Part shown: piece after piece, positions 36,641-50,957 of the stretch
Position numbering within the stretch: the stretch's first letter is position 1
How the letters are laid out: every line of letters starts with the position of its first letter
From: Chrysemys picta bellii
Taxonomy: Eukaryota
Length of the DNA stretch: 64,000 nucleotides
Assembly (NCBI RefSeq): GCF_011386835.1
Contig: NC_088805.1
Location: forward strand, 27,094,001 to 27,158,000
Reading direction: 5' to 3'
The notes under the pieces: model-generated
Told to the model about the DNA's origin: nothing
The model's database searches: none
Seen by the model: the letters and a program-made list of their open reading frames with translations, nothing else
Translations under genes and position numbers: made by a program

Positions 36641-38438
36641 ATTGACCGAGCTCAGGGAGAGGCATCAACACCAGCTGCAGGTGGTGCTGAGGTGGGTGGA
36701 GGGTATGAACTCATGCTGCAGACCTGGACGCACCCATCCGGCTTGGACAGCATCTGGTACCAGCAGCCTCTGTTATGATCAAAGTAAAGCCAACGACAGC
36801 ACCATGTCCTCCCATACTCTGAGTGGTATATTCTTTAAGAATGGCTCCATTATTAAACTACAGATTCGATCTGAAGCCTTACAATAGCGGTGTGATTCAC
36901 CTTTGGAGCCTCTGCCATCCACCACGGTGTGATTCTTGTAATCAAAATAACATTCGTGGTTTCAATCACTTCTGCTAGACAAGTAGCTCTTTCTTGTACC
37001 TTCCTTTCCCTAGTGCATTGTAGGCATATGATCTTTTTGTGGTTCCAGGTTATTTTTCTTCCCACTAGATCACCTCTAAATTGCCTATCCATTTAGAAGT
37101 TTGTCCCTCCTTCATTACACCAGTGTGGAATACTTCGTTATTATCACAGTGTGAGCTAAAGCATCACTCTTCCCACAGCCACTCTTTCCCAGCTCTTCAG
37201 ATAAAGTGAGGGGCTTAATTACACTATCACAAAGTATTTTAAAGCATATATTAGAGTAACTTGTACACATAACTGCTGGGACACAGTTAAATACTATCAT
37301 TAAAATCTATCACAAAGACTTGCAGGGTGAAACCCTGGCCCCGCTGATGTCAACAGCAAAACTCCCATTGACTTCAATGGAGCCAGGAGTTCACCCTCAA
37401 TTTCTTTACTCCCCATCTTTCATGAGCCACGTCAAGACTTGGAGGCATTTGGGGAGATCATGAAGGGTCAGCTTTAGGTTGGGGAGAAAAAATTTCTACC
37501 AAACACTGTACAAAAATTATGGAGAGTCATTAGCCTGTCTGTAGTTAAGGCTGCAGCAAGCTTTTCTTATACTCAACATATATACCATTAAACAGTATTT
37601 TACTTTTCACTACATTTCTAATAGTAACTCTAAGATGTATTACATTACACATCTATTCTCTCATGTAGGCTGATGCAATAATTGAGGGAAATATGCAAAC
37701 TTATTTCTGTTGCAGATAGAACTCCACACATTATGCCAATTTTTCTTTTATAAATTATACTTTGTCGTGGATCATAAAAAAATAAATATTCAGTTTTACT
37801 AAGCATTAGATTTTCCTAGGCAAATAAGAAATCTATTATGATCAAAGATTTTAGCTGATCTGAACAGCTTCAGTTTCTGACATTTGAAAAACTGTAATAA
37901 AGAGTAAATCAAATATCAAATCAAGCTTTGATCAACAAATTAGCTGAGATGTTACCATTTGAAACAAAAAGCATGCAAGTTATCCAAGTATGCAAATTAT
38001 CTTCACACCTCTGCACATTGCATTAAAATGAAATGTCAGTGATATACTACATACTGACGATCTGATTCTCCACTCTATTAACACTGGTTTTATGTAAATA
38101 TAACTACACTGAAGTTAATGGACTTAAAACCAGTATAAAACTGATGTAAGGAGTGGGGTGGGGGGAAATCAGGCCTTCAACAATAATAAATGAATATCTC
38201 TTTTCATACAAACCCAAATTACTAAAACAATTTTCTAAACAGTTTTGTAAGGTGGGGTTTTGAGTAATGCCAGAACCTGGGTTGAGTCAGCAACTCATAC
38301 TTTTTCTTTTCTTTGAAAAAGGAAGGTAATTATGTTTGGGAATTAAAAACATTTATTCAAGAATTTAGGGCAGAAATAAGACAGTTGATGCTTATATAAG
38401 TCCAGAAGACAAACTAGTTGGGTTTTTAGTCCACATAC

Positions 38439-38602
38439 CTTAGTTTCAAGTTCATTGAGATCAGATTGACCCATAGCTGGCTCTGAAACCACTTTTTGTA
38501 GGAAATACAATGATTGCTTCTTACTTTCTAGTTCTCTAGGAAATTTTTCAGAGCACAGATATGAATTGAACTTTATCTCCTCTTCCAGTCTCTTCATTAA
38601 GC
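38439..38602 (-). CDS. IFT81: IFT81 exon 9
   Basis: Acceptor ttttttttcaag, donor gtatgt; (S)[54 protein letters not shown]; 164 nt. Confidence 0.96.
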
Positions 38603-41378
38603 CTTGAAAAAAAATATTAAATTAACATGTGTCTAAACAAAGGAATGTAGAGGGTAATTAGGTTTCATTCCATAATAACTGTAATTTAACCAACACATCA
38701 AGCTATTTAGCAACAGATTACAATAATTAGAGCATAATGCTTGAGCCCGCTTCTCAAAACTGAAAGGAATACCTAGTTGATTTATACTTTAAATTCTGGT
38801 TCTCTTTTTAAAGAAGACTAACATATAATACAGCAAACTACATGTGTTTCCCTTCCAAATTTCCTTCTTTGGGATTTAACTACAATAAAACCCCCTCTTC
38901 TGTGAAACTCCATTAATCTGAATTTGGATACAATCTCCAATTTACAGCACTCACATGAAAAGTCTCACCATACCCCATTCAAACAAACACCATGTGCCCC
39001 ATTTCATTCAGAAAATTGGGCTGTGTAGTACTTTTTTGTTATGCTAAAATTGATGTGGTTTTGGATTACATGTATACGAAGTTTTAGAAGAGGATGACCA
39101 AATATAGGCTGCTTGTGTGTATCCATCTTCTTATGTGTATTCAGAAAAAGGGATGGCCAAGCACAGCACAAGTCTGGTGGCTTGCTCAGGGCTTCTCTAA
39201 AACTCTCACGCCTCAGGACCTCCGGGGTCGGAGCATCAAAGTAAGCATCGTGATGTAGATTTGCACACACACAATCCCAGTCACATGTGGATTACTTCAG
39301 CCCCCGATAGGAATTACATGGAAGTGAGGAAAGGAATCTCTGTCTGTCCGCTCTTAGCATCACTTCTGCACCATTACTATACCTGACCCCCTCCCTCTAT
39401 CTGTGACTCAAAATAGAACAGGTCTAGAATTTGACCCATTATCTTTAATAAGCATTTGTAAGTGTTCTAACGTGGGCCTTTGTGAGAGTTTGTCCTTTCT
39501 GATGTGCAGATTTCTGATAATCTCTGACCCTGTTCAGCCCGATTCTCATTTACAATAAGGCCCCTTTACACTGCTCTGGCAGGGTACAGGAGCCTAAAAG
39601 TGAATGAATTGCAATTTATGCTCTCTTTAAGTCTCTTTCAAACTGCCAGAGTGGTGTCCCGGTTCTCTTAAAAAAAAGAAATCACACAACTGTACATTGA
39701 CTAAGAATACTGACAATAAAAATGAAATAGAAAAAAGACAAGAAGAAATTGCTGAGATTTCTGTCCACGGATGCAACAGGAGAGAGCATTGTTTGCTCTG
39801 TAGAAGCCGGATGTGCACTGCCTGTTACCAAGCTTCTGACCATTTTGCTCTTGCTAGGTATCGTAGGTTAGCCTATTTTCCTGATAATTCAGAAAGGAAC
39901 ATTACTACATCCAGATAAGTAAAATTCACAACCAGTGGGAAATTAGTTTACTCTGTCAAGTAGCTGTGAGATTTTTAAAATTACATTGTACAGTCTTCTG
40001 ATGACAGTAGGTGGTAATAGCTCAATTAGTTCTTTAAGATACTAGTGCCAAGGACTGTGATTTGGAAAGCATACACAAGATAATATGACAGTGGGGAGAG
40101 GTATTTTAGAATATTTTCATCGGTTTGATGGACACAAAAAAGACTAGTGGCGCTGTAGCTATCCAAAGTGCTTTAGAAGCATGACTGTTATTTTCATGGT
40201 TGTCACAGATATTACAGAAAACGTTAAATTAGCTATGCCAAGAAAAACATGAAATTCAGACTCTGCCAGTTTTTCACTTATTGCACACATGCAGGGAAAA
40301 ACCTGAGACACATGGATATGATTGATCCTGCTGAGACAGCGATGGAAATGCAGGAGGCAGGTGGGAATGGGACCAGGGCTGGAGTCAGCTGGCCTGCCCT
40401 TTGGTTCTCTCAGGCTGAGGGTCTAGAGGCCTTGTCATTAAGAATGACAGCGGGAGAAGGTCAAAAAAAAAAATGAGAAACAGACCTATGAAAAGGGGTC
40501 TTGACTCTCCTGCAGCTATTTACATCTGGAAAATGGGGAGGGCCAGATCCTCTTTGCCTTTCTGTTCTCAAGAGTTTTTTTGACAGAAATGGGTGGGGGT
40601 CCTCATTTTAGTTGCCTTAAGGGAACTAAACCAGCTGGAAGAGAGGAAAAGGTCTTAAAAACATAGAAGAAAGAAAGCCACCTCCACAGAAAGCAGGACT
40701 AATAATGAAGTAAAACTGACACAACCCAAAAGTGAGTGAATTCTTCATTTCCATTCCAGCAGTTTATAAGGATAATTTGTTTATACTGGCCATTTAAACA
40801 TGCTTAGAAAATAGATATTGCCCTACAAAATTTACTGTTTTACTCGATGGAAAATGTCAAGTGTTTCTATTAAAAAATAAAATAAATAAAAATGCAGCCT
40901 TAATGGTGACTTCAGAACTGGGATAGAACGTGTAGGTTCATGCAGTAGTCATTATGCACTCAGCAATAGCTCACCTGCCACCTTGCCCATTAGAATCTGA
41001 TTTATCGAAAGGAAATGAAGGCCAGCATGGCAGGGTTATGATTCACCTTTTTCACCATGCTGTGATTTTTAACTTTCACCAGGCCTTTCATCAGAGTTGG
41101 GTCCCTTCTGCCCATGGTTAGTGTTTCAACAGAAACACAGCACCTCTACAACTGCAGCAACCTCTCCCACATACACAGTGTACTAAACTTCAGCATCAGC
41201 ACTGAATAGGAACACAAACCCTGGTTTGGGATATATAACCATGGCCCTTGGCCGGGAAACAAAAGTGATGCCAATTGAGTTACCCGACACTAACTGCTAG
41301 TTTTTTTACTTTAGGCTGATTTCTAGCTTTCCAACTTCCTTTTGAATAAGAAAGGGAGATTACAATATATTTAACCTT

Positions 41379-42050
41379 ATAGATTCATAGAATCCAAGGC
41401 TAGAAGGGACCATTAGATCATCTAGTCTGACCCCCTATATAACAAAGGCCATAGAACTTCCCCAAAATAATTCCTAGAGCAGATCTTTTAGAAAAAACAT
41501 CCAGTCTTGATTTAAAAGTTACCAGTGATTGGGAAACCACCATGAACCTTGGTAGAGTAATTAACCATTGGAACAATTTTTCTTAAAATGTATGCCTTAT
41601 TTCCAGTCTGAATTTGTTTAGCTTCAACTTCCAAGCAGTGAATCATAAACTTTCTATGATCTACTAGATTGAAGAGCCCCTTAAATATTTGTTAACCTTG
41701 TAGGTACTTATAGACTGTAATCAAGTTATCTTAATCTTCTGTTTGTTAAGCTAAATAGATTGAGCTCTTTGAGTCCTATCATTATAAGGCATTTTTTCTA
41801 ATCTTGTAATCATCCTCATGACTCTTCTCTGAGCCCGCTCCAATTTATTAACATCCTTCTTGAATTGTGGGCTTCAGAACTGGACACAGTATTCCAGCAG
41901 TGGTCGCACCAGTGCCCAATATGGAGGTAAAATACCTTCTCTACACCTACTCTATATTCCCCTTTTTATGCATCCCAGGTTTACATTAGCTCTTTGGCCA
42001 AAGAGTCATACTGGGACCTCATGTTCAGCTGATTATCCACCATGACCCTC
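41379..42050 (-). mobile_element. CR1 LINE 3' fragment
   Basis: Begins atagattcatagaat..agaagggaccattagatcatctagtc (reverse of CR1 3' end), followed by ORF2 C-terminal remnants. Confidence 0.88.
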
Positions 42051-43840
42051 AAATATTATTATTTATATTTAATGCTACTTACATCTTTATTATAAGGATA
42101 TACATTTCTAAATATCCCAGTGTACATATTGTAATCAAGCTAAAAATTCTAATCAAGCATTTCCAGAGGAGCAGGGACCAACTGGCTTCAAGGGGCTATG
42201 AACCTGCTGCTATTTGGGTTTATTCCTCCAATAATCTGATAGCTATTACCAAGCTACTAAATTGTGATTGCTCCTTATACCCTGAATGCTCCTGAAGGTA
42301 CAGTAAAGCCGTGAAACAAGTCAAAACTTGACAACTTGATGGGAAAGTGCAAACAGAAGACTGATGACTAATCTATTTGGTTTCCTTTACAAATAATTTT
42401 GGAATATTTTACTCTCTGTAGGATTAGACATATGGGGAAGTAGTTACCTAAATGCTATTTCTGCAGTTTAACTGAAACTTTTAAAAACAGTGTTTTCCAG
42501 TGAATCATGCTTTTTTCAAATTCCCAGGCTAGAAGGCAGCGAAGCAAGCATACTTTAAATCTTTCCATTACATACTTCAAAATCTTGTTTAATTTTTTCA
42601 GCTCTGACTTTCTCTCTCTCTCTATACACAAGCTGCACTGTAAGTTTGGCTCAGTGCCCTAAGGTTATTTTAGCTGAGTTCTGCCAACCCCATATTTACT
42701 CGTGAAAAGCTATTAACAGCAATTCCTAATGTTTTCCATTCAGATTTTTTTATTACAGGAAAGGAGTGGGTGAAGCGTTATTTAGTGCTTGCTCAGTTAT
42801 GCAGGAATTAGGCAACTTTCTTGCCCCGATTCTATTAATGAGCATAAATTCAGACTTGCCTCAGCTCTCAGACTCTTAGTTCTTTCCAAGCTGCTAATTG
42901 TGCAAATTTGTACCATAAACGTTTGAAACATTAACCAATCTGATTACTAAAAAAAAAGAAAGGAGGAACATACCGTTAGTGGCCTCCTGACAAAATTTTG
43001 GTTTAAGTGACTTGCTCAATACCACACAGGAAGACCATGACATAAGCAGGTCTAGAACGGACTTCTCCTGCATAGAATTCACATACCTTAACCATAAGAT
43101 CATCCCTTCTCTTCCTGCAGTCACCATCTTGTTCTCTTCACCACTTCCAATTTCTATAGCACATAAGGTATGGATGGTACAGACATTTCCACTACACAGC
43201 CCTGATTCATTTCCTGACCACCACCCATACTAGGCACTGAATGAAGCAGGGGTCCCGTGGAAGAAAACAGTATATATCCATGTAATGAAAGACTATCATA
43301 ATGAATACGCAAAAGGGCCAAATTAAGGTTGTGACATTTCCTAACTTTTGAGTGCTTAAGTTAGCAACCTAAATAACACAGTCATATCTTTTTAATGTAG
43401 TTTTTTGGTATGTAATTTCCTGTTTCTTTGAGGGGTTTTTAAAAGGAAAAAGGTAAAACCAAATTTTACTATGTGCAACGGTAACATTTCCCCTCATCAC
43501 GCATCAGTGACAGATTTGAACTCTGAACCTTCATCACTGCAGCACAGCTTCAGATACAGGATTAACTGAATTAGCTGGCAGCAGGAGTATTAGCTGTTAT
43601 CCCCAAAGGGAGGATATCTACTGGGGCCATGCGCTAGGTCCAAGAGGGTTATCGGGGAGCTGCTCTGGCTCTCTTTCCTCATCCTTGAGAGGTTGTCTCC
43701 CTAAGGGGTCTCAGTACAGTGCATATGACTGTTGCTTTGGCAGTGGTATGGGCCTGAGTTATTTGTTGCATGCTACAAAAATTTTCTTGAGCAATGCAAA
43801 TGACAGAGAGAAAAAGATTATTTCAAAATCTTACATCTCC

Positions 43841-45775
43841 CAGATTACAAGGCCAGAAGGAACCATTGTGATCATCTAATCTGAGCTCCTACACAAAACT
43901 GGCCATAAAACCTCTCTGCCTTAATTCCTGTTTGAACTAGAAGCACCTTTTAGAAAAACATTCAATCTTGATTTTAAAATGTCCAGTGATGGAGAATCCA
44001 CCACAGCCCTTGGTAAATTGTTCTAATGGTTAATTACCCACACAGTAAAAATTTTGCTCCATATTTCCAGTCTGAATTTGTCTAGCTTCAGCTTCCAGAC
44101 ATTGGAAATTGTTATACCTTTATCTGCTAGATTGAAGAGCCGTCGATTATCAACACTTCTGTTCCTATTTAGGTACCTATAGACTGTGATCAAATCACCC
44201 CTTAATCTTCTCTTTGATAAGCCAACCAGATAGAACTCCGAGAGTCTCTCACTATAAGGCATGTTTACCAATCATCCTCATGACTCTTCTCTGAACACTC
44301 TCCATTTTTTCAACATCTTTCTTGAATTCTGAACAACAGACTGTACATCATAATCCAGTAGCAATCATACCAGTGCCAAATACAGATGTAATATAACCTC
44401 TCTACTCCCACACAATATCCCGTGTTTAAACATCCAAGGATCTTGTTAATGCTTTTGGCCACAGTATTGCGCTGGGAGCTCATGTTTAACTCATGGATTA
44501 TCCACTATGGCCCCCCAAGTCTTTGTACCAGTCACTGTTTCCTAGGATGGAGATTCCTATCCTGTATGTATGGCTTACATTCTTTGTTCCTAGATATATG
44601 ACTTTACATTTGGTTGTATTGAAACTCATATTGTTTGCTTGTGCCCAGCTTGCTATGTGATCCAGACAGCTCTGTATCAGTGACCTGTCCTCTTCCTTAT
44701 TTACCACTGCCCCAAAGTTCTGTGTCATCTGCAAACTTTATCAGTGGTGATTTTATGTTTTCCTCTAGGTCACTGATAAAAATGTTACAGGGCATATGAC
44801 CAGACCCAACCCCTGTCAGACATCACTAGAAACACACCTGCTCAATGATTAATCTCTTTTTATAATTACACGTTGAGACTTAAAATTTATCCAGCTTTTA
44901 AATCCATTTGAAAGTGCCACGTAGAATTTATAACATTCCAGTTTCTTAAAATGTTGTGTGCTAGCAAGTCAAACAACTTACAAAAGTCTAAGTATATTAC
45001 ACAAATGCTATTACTTTTATCAATCAAACTTGTAATATCATAAAAAAGTTAGTTTGACAAGATCCACTTTCATATACACGTTGATTAGCACTAGTTATAT
45101 TACCGTCCTTTACTTCTATATGAATCAAGTCCTGTATTTGTTTTGCTTGGGATCAACGTCAGACTGAAAGGCCTATCATTACATGGGTCATCTTGTTTAC
45201 TCATTTTAAATACTGGCACAATTTTACCTTCTTCCAGCCCTTGGGAACTTCTCCACTATTTCAAAACTTAATGACAATCAACATTAACAGTCCAAAGAGC
45301 TACTCAGCCAGTTCTTTTAAAACACTTGGGTACAAGTTAGCGGGAACTGCTATTTAAAAATATCTAACTTTAGTGGCTGCTGTTTAACATCCTTCTGAGT
45401 TGCTCTTGGAATGGAAAGTATTTAATCATCATATGACATGATGACATCATCTGACTTTTTTCCAAATATAGAACAGAAATATTTATTGAACACATCTGCC
45501 TTTTCTGCGTTATTATTGACAATTTTACCATTTCCATCTGGACAAATATCTTTGTTCAGATTCCTTTTGTTTCTAATACACTTTAAAAACTTCTTACTGT
45601 CCTTAATTCTGTTGGCCATTGAGGTCTTCTGTTCCTTTACTTCCTATATCAATTTTCTACAATTCCTATCTTATAAATTGATATTCATTGCTAACAACTG
45701 CCCCTTTTTTCCATTTGACATAAATATTTAAATTTTTTATAGCTTCTTTCACTTCCCTTTTCACCCAGATTGTTT
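43841..45775 (-). mobile_element. CR1 LINE fragment, about 1.9 kb, with RT remnants
   Basis: RLSEFYLVGLSKRRLRGDLITVYRYL; ADDTELWG..VN.EEDRSLIQSCLDHIASWAQANNM.FNTTKCKVIYLG; NAEKADVFNKYFCSIF. Confidence 0.9.
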
Positions 45776-45781
45776 TTCTAA

Positions 45782-46102
45782 GGCCTGGTCCACACTAACC
45801 CCCATTTTCGAACTAAGGTACGCAAATTCAGCTACGTTAATAACGTAGCTGAATTCGAAGTACCTTAGTTCGAACTTACCGCGGGTCCAGACGCGGCAGG
45901 CAGGCTCCCCCGTCAATGCCGCGGGCAGGCTCCCCCGTCGATGCCGCGTACTCCTCTTGCCGAGCTGGAGTACCGGCGTTGACGGCGAGCACTTCCGGGA
46001 TCGATCCGGGATCGATTTATCGCATCTAAACAAGACGCGATAAATCGATCCCAGAAGATTGATTGCTTACCGCTGGACCCGGAGGTAAGTGTAGACCTAC
46101 CC
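45782..46102. mobile_element. Young PIF/Harbinger-type MITE
   Basis: TIRs ggcctggtccacact / agtgtagacctaccc; TSD TAA at 45779-45781 and 46103-46105; CpG-rich; 25-bp internal duplication. Confidence 0.88.
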
Positions 46103-48415
46103 TAACTAGTGTAGTGTTCTTTCCTTACAGTAGGATTGTGGACTTTGGCCCATGAAATTCTATTCAGGTTTGCTAAAGAAAAGGCTCTTCTCTGGCTCAA
46201 GGGCTTTCTGCTCACTGAAAGGCCTGCTGCCAACAAGAGCTTCTCAAAAAAGTGTGCTAGAATTTTTTATTACAGAAAGTGGTAAGCAACCTAAGTATAT
46301 GTGTAGCTATCAGCTCCTCTATAATAAATAATAATAATAAAAATACACAAAGGACATACTTTAATTTTAAGTGCTATTTTTCAATCAGTCTCAGTGTTTT
46401 CTCTGATTTCTGCACTCACTTTTGCATATGCAAAAGTCAATCAATAATCTGTACCTGCAAAATGGGCATAAAGAAACACTTCAGGCCAAGGCTGAAATCT
46501 GGCCCAAATGGTCTTAATTAAAACCCAAAACCAAAGCAATGAAAAATTAAGGATTAAGCTATTATAATCTTATTATGCCTCTGTATTGCAGCACATATTG
46601 TATGTGTGCTAGATCACATCATTGTCAGGGACATCTGTGAACTGTCTAAGCACAATGGGGCACATTAAGGAAAGGAGTTTCAGCTTTTAACTAATAATTT
46701 TTTTTTTTGATTGATGGTCCAATCTTACCTCAGCTGAAGTCAATGGGAATTTTGTCATTAAGTTCAACGGGAGAAGAATTAGATTCTACATGAGTTTAAG
46801 GTATCAGGAGCAAATCCTCCCTCTGCCTCCACAGCCGCATATCAGATGAAATACAGCATGGCTGGTACGGTTCTACTACATGAGGAGAGTTGGGTGCTCC
46901 ATGCCCACTACAGAGCTGTGTTCTGTGGCTGTGTTCTAAAGCTCACTGAAGTCAACAAAAGACTTTCCACCAATTTCAGTGGGCTTTGAATCAGGTCCTA
47001 TAAAAGCGGGGGTGCTGTTCTGCTATTAGAGTAAGACCTGGGAGAGGACTGTCTTTATCCCCCATCCCAACTGCCAGAAAAACTTCCTGAGCCAAGCCCA
47101 CTGACTCAGGGTTGAAGTAGAGACATGGATAAGAACCTGAATCTATCTTTATTGTCATCTGTCAACTTTAAAATTAAAAAATGTGAAAAATATCAATATC
47201 CCTCATCCAAATGTTAGGGATTTGGGGACACCAGCCTGATTTCAATGCAAGTGTATGAAAAACCCATTAAAATATGGCTTATTTGTCAACACCAAATCAA
47301 TCAGCTCTTTCATGAAACCTCTGGTTTCTTTTTTTTAAATTAACCCCCTTCTTTTTTAATTATGGGCAAGAATCTACCCTATGATACACAACTTTGACTA
47401 CAAGCGGGAGTTGAACATGAGGATCTGTGGGAAGAATTCGTCCCTAAGAATTTAGAGGAAGAAACTTCAGTGAACCAAATACAATGCATTTATAATGACA
47501 TAGATTACAAAGAATTTTTTAATTATATTTTTAAATTAAATGTAATGTATTTTAATAAGGGCATCTTATGCTTCTCTTTTTCATCATATGTACAAAGTAA
47601 GGTTAAATATTGGATACAGTTTATATGAAGTAATTCCTCTTTTACTGGTATTTTAAAGTGGCTATCCCTCTGATCCTATTACTATTTATTAATTTGACCA
47701 AGTGTACCAATTTTACTGCTTATCAACGACAGTCATCTTAATACATTATTTTAATCAATATTTTACAGCTAGTCATCCACATCCCGGTATCCGTGCCAAT
47801 GAAATGAACAATGGTGTTCTCTACAGTGGACAAGAACCAAGAATTTAAGTAATTCAGTTCCCTTCTTGGCATTAACAATTTGTGTCTATGCCAGCAGAGA
47901 TATTCAAAGCAAATCGAGGGCAATCTTGCTGAGAAAGCATGAGTTAGATTTTTCAAACCACTCTGCTACTGACCACTGTCAACAAAAATACTATGTCATA
48001 TCCTGGGCAAAAAATTAGAAACTGCAAATTCATGCCACATACTTTAATACTAACAGCAACAACAACTGCCTCCACAGTTAAACAAATTATTAAGAAATGC
48101 TGAACTTAATGAAACCGGGATGGGGTGCCATAGTGAAACCAAGGAGAACAGTCACTTCAAAACACTTAACAGAAAACCTATATACACTAGTACAATGGTC
48201 AACCATTTTTCATGGTACAATACGTCTTTTAAATCACTTACCCGAGCTACACTTCTAGAAGAATAAAACCTCTAGTAACAATTAGCTGTAATATTTTCCT
48301 GGCAAGGCTAAAGCACACTGATACTAATTGCACATTGACACAATAAGAAATAGTGACCTAGTTCCATGTTTAGAAGCTTTTCTTAAAAATTAACTTCATT
48401 TTAGTTCATAATATG

Positions 48416-48714
48416 AGGTATGTGTACCCTTCAAGCTGGGGGGTGTAATTTCCAGTTGGAGGAGACATACTTGTGCTAGCTCTCATTGAGCTAATGCACT
48501 AAAAATAGAGTGTAGCCATGGCAATGCCTGTGGTGGGACAGGCTAGCTGCCCACCTCAGACCCTACACACGTTCTCGGGGCAGCTAGCCCTTCCCACTGC
48601 TCATGCTGCCATGGTGCACACACTATTTTCAGCCCACTATCTTGATGAGAGCTAGTGTAAGTATGTCTCCTCCAGCTGGGAATTACACCCCCAGCTCGAA
48701 GTGTTGATGTAACC
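48416..48714. mobile_element. Palindromic MITE (GTCTACAC-related, older)
   Basis: Whole-element inverted symmetry, e.g. agctggggggtgtaatttccag / ctgggaattacacccccagct and catacttgtgctagctctcat / atgagagctagtgtaagtatg. Confidence 0.75.
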
Positions 48715-50364
48715 ATGGAGAAAAAGAATTCAAAATTAGATCACAGTAGTATGTATTAGAAAGACAGATAGAATCCCCCCAATTGAGCACTCGCTGAAGA
48801 GCAACACACTCACTAAACAGATTTTTCTCCTTGTGTCAGAAGTGAAAGAATCTGATACAGATCGAAAACGGAGGAGATTGATTTTAGGGGAGAAAATACC
48901 AAACTTTCCATTGCTTTCAGACAGCCTTTAAACTGACATGGATTTGAAGTGGTAGGAATAGACATCCTGGCTAAAAGAGCTGCAGCCAAACATTTAAGAG
49001 ATATAATAGCTCCAACTACAGACCAACAAAGCAATAAATTAAACCCTACTTAATATACTTATATGTCATCTAATTTAATTTTTGTAAACCATATTGGCTA
49101 TGTTGTAATTGCTCTGGAGAGCAGTACCTTTGCTTCTCCCCAACGCTAGTTACAATCAGAAACCCAAATCCTGGAGTCTTTACTCAGTCAAAACAGGGTC
49201 TTTACTTAAGTAAGGAGATCAGGATTTAGCCCAGAATCTCTAAACCCTTGGTTCTCTTTTGCAAGCAAGGTAGAAGATGAGATCTCAATATATTAACCTA
49301 ATCTGTGTTTTTATCTCAATGATGAAATGACAGGTTTACTGACTTTTTTTACTATGCTGCCTTTTCTGCTGTAAGCTAAGATAAAACTAACCCCTAAAGT
49401 TTCCATTGGACTAAAAATAATAATAATAAAAAAAAAAACTTGGAACTGGTGCAGCAATGTTGACGTAGCTTTGGTATGGCAACATCTCTGGCAGCTGAGT
49501 ACCACTCCTGAGAAAATGGAATGGTTACAAAATCCCTACATACTTCTTTTGAGTAAAGCATGTAATTCAGATCTCTTTTTGGTTCCATTTGAAGTTTACA
49601 TGCTGACGCTGCATCCCCATTTTTCTTTTTTCAGCCATACAGAATAAAATTCTGCAATCTCTTCATAATTTTGTATATTACCATTTTAAGGCCTGATTCC
49701 TATCCCATTTGTGCAGCTTTCTTACAGACTTCAACAAGGTTAAAAAAAAAAAAAAAAAAAAGAAGTTTGCAAATCACTGCTTCCTCAGCCCCCAAGCGTG
49801 TGCAAATATTATCTTCTCCACTGTATATTTCCAGGAGGAATTTTTTTAAAACGACTTCAAAGTAAGAAGTGAGGGCATTGGTCTTCTCATTTTGTTCACT
49901 ATACAATATAAAAACTGAACCTGTATTCATTTATTTTAACAGTATGTGAATTAGACCTCCTTCATACATCCTGTTTTGTAAATTCTGTGATCAATCTGAG
50001 ATTTCTATCACCTTGGTATCTGACTGGACAACTATGAACAATTACTAAGAACGCTTGGTAAAGGAGACTGTACATTTCAAGATAAACAATGCACTCTGCT
50101 GAAAACTAGACGCCCTACTTTTTGAGAGAGGATTTGGTGTCCTAGAATTTGAACCAGCTGATTCATCTATGTGCTGCTTAGACCATTTAAAGTACCAGAA
50201 GGGGAAGGGCAACACTTTATTTGGCAACACAGCCCCGATTCTGTCACGTGGGAGGAACTCTGAGTGTGTGCAGATCTCCCATAATCTAACAGGGCTTTAC
50301 ACAGAAGCAGAAGTCTGGGAACAGTGAGGATCCAGGCCATAGCTTTTCATGGCTAATACCATAA

Positions 50365-50670
50365 TAACAGTAATTTGCACTTATACAGCACCTTCCATCC
50401 TAACTACCCTGGGAAAAGGGTCTACTCAAGGTTTATGATCCACTTAGGTCCTGTACTAACCCTCTATACAGCAGTGAATTTCACCCTCAGTGATTGTATA
50501 AACATTAATGTATTAAGCCTCTAACGAATCCTATGAGGCATCATCTGCATACTATAGAAAAGGAAACCAAGACATTGAGAAGTGTTTTGCCCAAGATCAC
50601 ATGTCAGACATATAGATGGGAAGTGAACCTTGATTTGAACCTCATTTTTGTGCTCCAATCACTAGACAAT
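50365..50670 (-). mobile_element. MIR-like SINE with an internal short insertion
   Basis: gcacttatacagcaccttccatcc..tattaagcctctaacgaatcctatgagg..gaaaaggaaaccaagacattgagaagtgttttgcccaagatcac. Confidence 0.55.
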
Positions 50671-50957
50671 GGTACTTATTTTTTCCTTTAAATGACTTAG
50701 TAGTTAGAAACTTAAGTATCATACAACGATTGCTTTAGGAGACAGAATTAGCCATGCATATATCTTGCCTCTACATGGTTTTACCATAGGATGAGTTTTA
50801 TAATCTTACTCACATTGGAGTAATACCTTAGTCTGTGAGTAATCCCATTGATTTCAGTGGGGCTATTCATAGACTAAGACATACTCAATATGATGAGTAA
50901 GGGTGACAGAATCTAGTCCTATAAAACGATATGGGCAACAGTTGTATAGAAAGAACA

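Noticed and set aside
37115-37300. P-loop-like GKSGCGKS in a 61-aa minus-strand ORF
   Set aside because: No hydrophobic strand before the motif, no Walker B, stops immediately downstream and no convincing splice sites; treated as chance.
39830-39885. Possible 52-nt poison exon on the minus strand (ttatcag..ttg|gtaaca)
   Set aside because: Splice-like words only, with a weak polypyrimidine tract; no independent support.
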